From the NCBI RefSeq assembly GCF_964355755.1, contig NC_092676.1, positions 13,254,771 to 13,318,770 of the forward strand: 64,000 bases of DNA, written 5' to 3'. Of this stretch, positions 56,301 to 64,000 are shown in pieces. Numbering within the stretch: position 1 is the first letter of the stretch; each line of letters starts with the position of its first letter. Below the pieces are notes generated by a model, which saw only the letters and a list, made by a program, of their open reading frames with translations, searched no databases and was not told the origin of the DNA. The position numbers were made by a program, and so were the translations under genes. Source of the DNA: Antedon mediterranea (Eukaryota > Animalia > Echinodermata).

Positions 56301-59300
56301 AGTGCTTAAAATCACATTTAAAACCGTTTTAGAGCGTTTTGAGCATTTCGATAAACTTTTTACACAAAAACATCAAAGTGCACAAAATAGCTTCAAATCG
56401 CATTTAGAGATGTTTTAGACCATTTTGTGCATTTCGATAAAACTGTTCACACAAAAACATCAAATTGCACAAAATAGCTTAATACCGTGTTTGAAATCAT
56501 TTTAAACCATTTTGAGCATGTCGATAAAACTTTTCACACAAAAATATCAAAATGCCCAGAATATCTTCAAATCGCATTTAGAGACGTTTTAGACCATTTT
56601 GTGCATTTCGAAAAAATTTGTTAACATAAAAAGACCAAAGTGTTTAGATTATCTCCAAATCGAATTTGGAGACGTTTTAGACCATTTTGTGTTTTTCGAA
56701 AAAAATTGTTAACATAAAAAGACCAAAGTGTTTAGATTATCTCCAAATCGCATTTGGAGACGTTTTAGACCATTTTGTGTTTTTCGAAAAAACTTTTCAC
56801 ACAAAAACATCAAAGTGTACAAAATAGCTTCAAATCACATTTGAAACCGTTTTAGACCATTTTGAGCATTTCGATAAAACTTTTCACACAAAAACATCAA
56901 AGTGCAAAGAATATCTTAATACCGTGTCTGAAATCGTTTTAAACCATTTTGAGCATGTCGATAAAACTTTTCACACAAAAACATCAAAGTGCACAGAATA
57001 TCTTCAAATCGCATTTAGAGACGTTTTAGACCATTTTGTGCATTTCGAAAAAATTTGTTAACATAAAAAGACCAAAGTGTTTAGAATATCTCCAAATCGC
57101 ATTTGGAGACGTTTTAGACCATTTTGTGCATTTCGATGAAACTTGGTTACACAAAAACATCAAAGTGCTTAAAATCACATTTGAAACCGTTTTAGAGCAT
57201 TTTGAGCATTTCGATAAAACTTTTCACACAAAAACATCAAAGTGTACAAAATAGCTTCAAATCACATTTGAAACCGTTTTAGACCATTTTGAGCATTTCG
57301 ATAAAACTTTTCACACAAAAACATCAAAGTGTACAGAATAGCTTCAAATCGCATTTGGAGACGTTTTAGACCATTTTGTGCATTTCGATGAAACTTGGTT
57401 ACACAAAAACATCAAAGTGCTTAAAATCACATTTGAAACCGTTTTAGAGCATTTTTAACATTTCCATAATACTTTTCACACAAAAACATCAAATTGCACA
57501 AAATAGCTTCAAATCACATTTGGAGACGTTTTAGACCATTTTGTGCATTTCGATGAAACTTGGTTACACAAAAACATCAAAGTGCTTAAAATCACATTTG
57601 AAACCGTTTTAGAGCATTTTGAGCATTTCGATAAAACTTTTCACACAAAAAAATCAAACTGCACAAAATAGCTTCAAATCGCATTTGGAGAGGTTTTAGA
57701 CCATTTTGTGCATTTCGATAAAACTTTTCACACAAAAACATCAAAGTGTACAAAATAGCTTCAAATCGCATTTAGAGACGTTTTAGACCATTTTGTGCAT
57801 TTCGATAAAACTTTTCACACAAAAACATCAAATTGCACAAAATAGCTTAATATCGTGTTTGAAAACGTTTTAAACCATTTTGAGCATGTCGATAAAACTT
57901 TTCACAAAAAAATATCAAAGTGCACAGAATATCTTCAAATCGCATTTAGAGACGTTTTAGACCATTTTGTGCATTTCGATGAAACTTGGTTACACAAAAA
58001 CATCAAAGTGCTTAAAATCACATTTAAAACCGTTTTAGAGCGTTTTGAGCATTTCCATAAACTTTTTACACAAAAACATCAAAGTGCACAAAATAGCTTC
58101 AAATCGCATTTAGAGATGTTTTAGACCATTTTGTGCATTTCGATAAAACTTTTCACACAAAAACATCAAATTGCACAAAATAGCTTAATACCGTGTTTGA
58201 AATCATTTTAAACCATTTTGAGCATGTCGATAAAACTTTTCACACAAAAACATCAAAGTGCACAGAATATCTTCAAATCGCATTTAGAGACGTTTTAGAC
58301 CATTTTGTGCATTTCGAAAAAATTTAACATAAAAAGACCAAAGTGTTTAGAATATCTCCAAATCGCAATTTGAGACGTTTTAGACCATTTTGTGCATTTC
58401 GATGAAACTTGGTTACACAAAAACATCAAAGTGCTTAAAATCACATTTGAAACCGTTTTAGAGCATTTTGAGCATTTCGATAAAACTTTTCACACAAAAA
58501 CATCAAAGTGTACAAAATAGCTTCAAATCACATTTGAAACCGTTTTAGACCATTTTGAGCATTTCGATAAAACTTTTCACACAAAAACATCAAAGTGTAC
58601 AAAATAGCTTCAAATCGCATTTGGAGACGTTTTAGACCATTTTGTGCATTTCGATGAAACTTGGTTACACAAAAACATCAAAGTGCTTAAAATCACATTT
58701 GAAACCGTTTTAGAGCATTTTTAGCATTTCGATAATACTTTTCACACAAAAACATCAAAGTGTACAAAATAGCTTCAAATCGCATTTGGAGACGTTTTAG
58801 ACCATTTTGTGCATTTCGATGAAACTTGGTTACACAAAAACATCAAAGTGCTTAAAATCACATTTGAAACCGTTTTAGACCATTTTGAGCATTTCGATAA
58901 AACTTTTCACACAAAAAAATCAAAGTGCACAAAATAGCTTCAAATCGCATTTGGGGACGTTTTAGACTATTTTGTGCATTTCGAAAAAATTTGTTAACAT
59001 AAAAAGACCAAAGTGTTTAGAATATCTCCAAATCGCATTTGGAGACGTTTTAAACCATTTTGTGCATTTCGATGGAACTTGGTTACACAAAAACATCAAA
59101 GTGCTTAAAATCACATTTAAAACCGTTTTAGAGCATTTTTAGCATTTCGATAAAACTTTTCACACAAAAACATCAAAGTGTACAAAATAGCTTCAAATCG
59201 CATTTAGAGAGGTTTTAGACCATTTTGTGCATTTCGATAAAACTTTTCACACAAAAACATCAAAGTGTACAAAATAGCTTCAAATTGCATTTAGAGACGT

Positions 59301-62300
59301 TTTAGACCATTTTGTGCATTTCGATAAAACTTTTCACACAAAAACATCAAATTGCACAAAATCGTTTTAAACCATTTTAAATCGTTTTAAACCATTTTGA
59401 GCATGTCGATAAAACTTTTCACAAAAAAACATCAAAGTGCACAGAATAGCTTCAAATTGCATTTGGAGACGTTTTAGAGCATTTTGTGCATTTCGATAAA
59501 ATGTGTTAACATAAAAAGACCAAAGTGTTTAGAATATCTTCAAATCACATTTGGAGACGTTTTAGACCATTTTTTGCATTTCGATGAAACTTGGTTACAC
59601 AAAAACATCAAAGTGCTTAAAATCACATTTGAAACCGTTTTAGAGCATTTTGAGCATTTCGATAAAACTTTTCACACAAAAACATCAAAGTGTACAAAAT
59701 AGCTTCAAATCGCATTTAGAGACGTTTTAGATCATTTTGTGCATTTCGAAAAAATTTGTTAACATAAAAAGACCAAAGTGTTTAGAATATCTCCAAATCG
59801 CATTTGGAGACGTTTTAAACCATTTTGTGCATTTCGATGGAACTTGGTTACACAAAAACATCAAAGTGCTTAAAATCACATTTAAAACCGTTTTAGAGCA
59901 TTTTGAGCATTTCGATAAAACTTTTCACACAAAAACATCAAAGTGTACAAAATAGCTTCAAATCGCATTTAGAGAGGTTTTAGACCATTTTGTGCATTTC
60001 GATAAAACTTTTCACACAAAAACATCAAAGTGTACAAAATAGCTTCAAATCGCATTTAGAGAGGTTTTAGACCATTTTGTGCAATTCGATAAAACTTTTC
60101 ACACAAAAACATCAAATTGCACAAAATAGTTTAATATCGTGTTTGAAAACCTTTTAAACCATTTTGAGCATGTCGATAAAACTTTTCACACAAAAATATC
60201 AAAGTGCACAGAATATCTTCAAATCGCATTTAGAGACCTTTTAGACCATTTTGTGCATTTCGAAAAAATTTGTTAACATAAAAAGACCAAAGTGTTTAGA
60301 ATATCTCCAAATCGCATTTGGAGACGTTTTAGACCATTTTGTGCATTTCGATGAAACTTGGTTACACAAAAACATCAAAGTGCTTAAAATCACATTTAAA
60401 ACCGTTTTAGAGCGTTTTGAGCATTTCGATAAACTTTTCACACAAAAACATCAAAGTGCACAAAATAGCTTCAAATCGCATTTAGAGATGTTTAAGACCA
60501 TTTTGTGCATTTCGATAAAACTTTTCACACAAAAACATCAAATTGCACAAAATAGCTTAATACCGTGTTTGAAATCGTTTTAAACCATTTTGAGCATGTC
60601 GATAAAACTTTTCACACAAAAACATCAAAGTGCACAGAATATCTTCAAATCGCATTTAGAGACGTTTTAGACCATTTTGTGCATTTCGAAAAAATTTGTT
60701 AACATTAAAAGACCAAAGTGTTTAGAATATCTCCAAATCGCATTCGGAGACGTTTTAGACCATTTTGTGCATTTCGATGAAACTTGGTTACACAAAAACA
60801 TCAAAGTGCTTAAAATCACATTTGAAACCGTTTTAGAGCATTTTGAGCATTTCGATAAAACTTTTCACACAAAAACATCAAAGTGTACAAAATAGCTTCA
60901 AATCACATTTGAAACCGTTTTAGACCATTTTGAGCATTTCGATAAAACTTTTCACACAAAAACATCAAAGTGTACAAAATAGCTTCAAATCGCATTTGGA
61001 GACGTTTTAGACCATTTTGTGTATTTCGATGAAACTTGGTTACACAAAAACATCAAAGTGCTTAAAATCACATTTGAAACCGTTTTAGAGCATTTTTAGC
61101 ATTTCGATAATACTTTTCACACAAAAACATCAAAGTGTACAAAATAGCTTCAAATCGCATTTGGAGACGTTTTAGACCATTTTGTGCATTTCGATGAAAC
61201 TTGGTTACACAAAAACATCAAAGTGCTTAAAATCACATTTGAAACCGTTTTAGACCATTTTGAGCATTTCGATAAAACTTTTCAGACAAAAAAATCAAAG
61301 TGCACAAAATAGCTTCAAATCGCATTTGGAGACGTTTTAGACTATTTTGTGCATTTCGAAAAAATTTGTTAACATAAAAAGACCAAAGTGTTTAGAATAT
61401 CTCCAAATTGCATTTAGAGACGTTTTAGACCATTTTGGGCATTTCGATGGAACTTGGTTACACAAAAACATCAAAGTGCTTAAAATCACATTTAAAACCG
61501 TTTTAGAGCATTTTGAGCATTTCGATAAAACTTTTCACACAAAAACATCAAAGTGTACAAAATAGCTTCAAATCGCATTTAGAGAGGTTTTAGACCATTT
61601 TGTGCATTTCGATAAAACTTTTCACACAAAAACATCAAAGTGTACAAAATAACTTCAAATCGTATTTAGAGACGTTTTAGACCATTTTGTGCATTTTGAT
61701 AAAACTTTTCACACAAAAACATCAAATTGCACAAAATAGCTTAATATCGTGTTTGAAAACGTTTTAAACCATTTAAGTGCACAGAATATCTTCAAATCGC
61801 ATTTAGAGACGTTTTAGACCATTTTGTGCATTTCGAAAAAATTTGTTAACATAAAAAGACCAAAGTGTTTAGAATATCTCCAAATCGCATTTGGAGACGT
61901 TTTAGACCATTTTGTGCATTTCAATGAAACTTGGTTACACAAAAACATCAAAGTGCTTAAAATCACATTTGAAACCGTTTTAGAGCATTTTTAGCATTTC
62001 GATAATACTTTTCACACAAAAACATCAAAGTGTACAAAATAGCTTCAAATCGCATTTGGAGACGTTTTAGACCATTTTGTGCATTTCGATGAAACTTGGT
62101 TACACAAAAACATCAAAGTGCTTAAAATCACATTTGAAACCGTTTTAGACCATTTTGAGCATTTCGATAAAACTTTTCACACAAAAAAATCAAAGTGCAC
62201 AAAATAGCTTCAAATCGCATTTGGAGACGTTTTAGACTATTTTGTGCATTTCGAAAAAATTTGTTAACATAAAAAGACCAAAGTGTTTAGAATATCTCCA

Positions 62301-64000
62301 AATCGCATTTAGAGACGTTTTAGATTATTTTGGGCATTTCGATGGAACTTGGTTACACAAAAACATCAAAGTGCTTAAAATCACATTTAAAACCGTTTTA
62401 GAGCATTTTGAGCATTTCGATAAAACTTTTCACACAAAAACATCAAAGTGTACAAAATAGCTTCAAATCGCATTTAGAGAGGTTTTAGACCATTTTGTGC
62501 ATTTCGATAAAACTTTTCACACAAAAACATCAAAGTGTACAAAATAACTTCAAATCGTATTTAGAGACGTTTTAGACCATTTTGTGCATTTTGATAAAAC
62601 TTTTCACACAAAAACATCAAATTGCACAAAATAGCTTAATATCGTGTTTGAAAACGTTTTAAACCATTTTGAGCATGTCGATAAAACTTTTCACACAAAA
62701 ACATCAAATTGCACAAAATAGCTTAATATCGTGTTTGAAAACGTTTTAAACCATTTTGAGCATGTCGATAAAACTTTTCACACAAAAATATCAAAGTGCA
62801 CAGAATATCTTCAAATCGCATTTAGAGACGTTTTAGACCATTTTGTGCATTTCGAAAAAATTTGTTAACATAAAAAGACCAAAGTGTTTAGAATATCTCC
62901 AAATCGCATTTGGAGACGTTTTAGACCATTTTGTGCATTTCAATGAAACTTGGTTACACAAAAACATCAAAGTGCTTTAAATCACATTTAAAACCGTTTT
63001 AGAGCATTTTGAGCATGTCGATAAAACTTTTCACAAAAAACATCAAAGTGCACAGAATAGCTTCAAATTGCATTTGGAGACGTTTTAGAGCATTTTGTGC
63101 ATTTCGATAAAATGTGTTAACATAAAAAGACCAAAGTGTTTAGAATATCTTCAAATCACATTTGGAGACGTTTTAGACCATTTTTTGCATTTCGATGAAA
63201 CTTGGTTACACAAAAACATCAAAGTGCTTAAAATCACATTTGAAACCGTTTTAGACCATTTTGAGCATTTCGATAAAACTTTTCACACAAAAACATCAAA
63301 GTGTACAAAATAGCTTCAAATCGCATTTAGAGACGTTTTAGATCATTTTGTGCATTTCGAAAAAATTTGTTAACATAAAAAGACCAAAGTGTTTAGAATA
63401 TCTCCAAATCGCATTTGGAGACGTTTTAAACCATTTTGTGCATTTCGATGGAACTTGGTTACACAAAAACATCAAAGTGCTTAAAATCACATTTAAAACC
63501 GTTTTAGAGCATTTTGAGCATTTCGGTAAAACTTTTCACACAAAAACATCAAAGTGTACAAAATAGCTTCAAATCGCATTTAGAGAGGTTTTAGACCATT
63601 TTGTGCATTTCGATAAAACTTTTCACACAAAAACATCAAAGTGTACAAAATAGCTTCAAATCGCATTTAGAGAGGTTTTAGACCATTTTGTGCAATTCGA
63701 TAAAACTTTTCACACAAAAACATCAAATTGCACAAAATAGTTTAATATCGTGTTTGAAAACCTTTTAAACCATTTTGAGCATGTCGATAAAACTTTTCAC
63801 ACAAAAATATCAAAGTGCACAGAATATCTTCAAATCGCATTTAGAGACCTTTTAGACCATTTTGTGCATTTCGAAAAAATTTGTTAACATAAAAAGACCA
63901 AAGTGTTTAGAATATCTCCAAATCGCATTTGGAGACGTTTTAGACCATTTTGTGCATTTCGATGAAACTTGGTTACACAAAAACATCAAAGTGCTTAAAA
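32328..64000 (+). repeat. Satellite DNA array, segment 4
   Basis: Same monomer family, running off the right edge. Visible higher-order repeats include 951 bp (35451/36402), 663 bp (46658/47321; 49533/50196) and 3611 bp (59484/63095; 59737/63348). Confidence 0.99.

Noticed and set aside
78-63566. Numerous 60-124 aa ORFs (MCISKK..., MRFEAIL..., MFENVL...)
   Set aside because: They are translations of satellite monomers (87 and 78 are multiples of 3). The usual monomer contains in-frame stops, many starts are TTG/GTG, and the His/Cys spacing does not fit a C2H2 zinc finger.
1-64000. CRISPR-like array
   Set aside because: There are no unique spacers, whole monomers are repeated, no cas genes are present, and the context is eukaryotic (spliceosomal introns, Harbinger/Chapaev elements).

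Overview
Eukaryotic (probably animal) heterochromatic or centromere-like DNA with no intact genes. About 91% of the window is a single-orientation, AT-rich satellite array built from related monomers of 87 bp (main type), 88 bp and 78 bp (71-bp deletion variant). These are shuffled into irregular, recently amplified higher-order blocks. Nearly all ORFs in the track are translation artefacts of this satellite. Three DNA-transposon copies interrupt the array. Two are near-identical 927-bp non-autonomous PIF/Harbinger-type elements (38-bp perfect TIRs, TTA TSD); they arise from one insertion that was later duplicated with its flanking satellite (1775-bp unit). The third is a 3760-bp element with CACAG...CTGTG ends and a 4-bp TTCA TSD. 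It carries a decayed, intron-containing Chapaev-type (CMC, RAG1/Transib-related) transposase that the ORF track largely misses. The most striking observation is that the two ends of this element are bipartite and asymmetric: a shared 13-bp terminal block starting CACAG, a 12-bp versus 22-bp spacer, then a shared 21-bp block. This is reminiscent of the 12/23 recombination signal sequences of V(D)J recombination. All family assignments come from manual motif recognition, not database searches.
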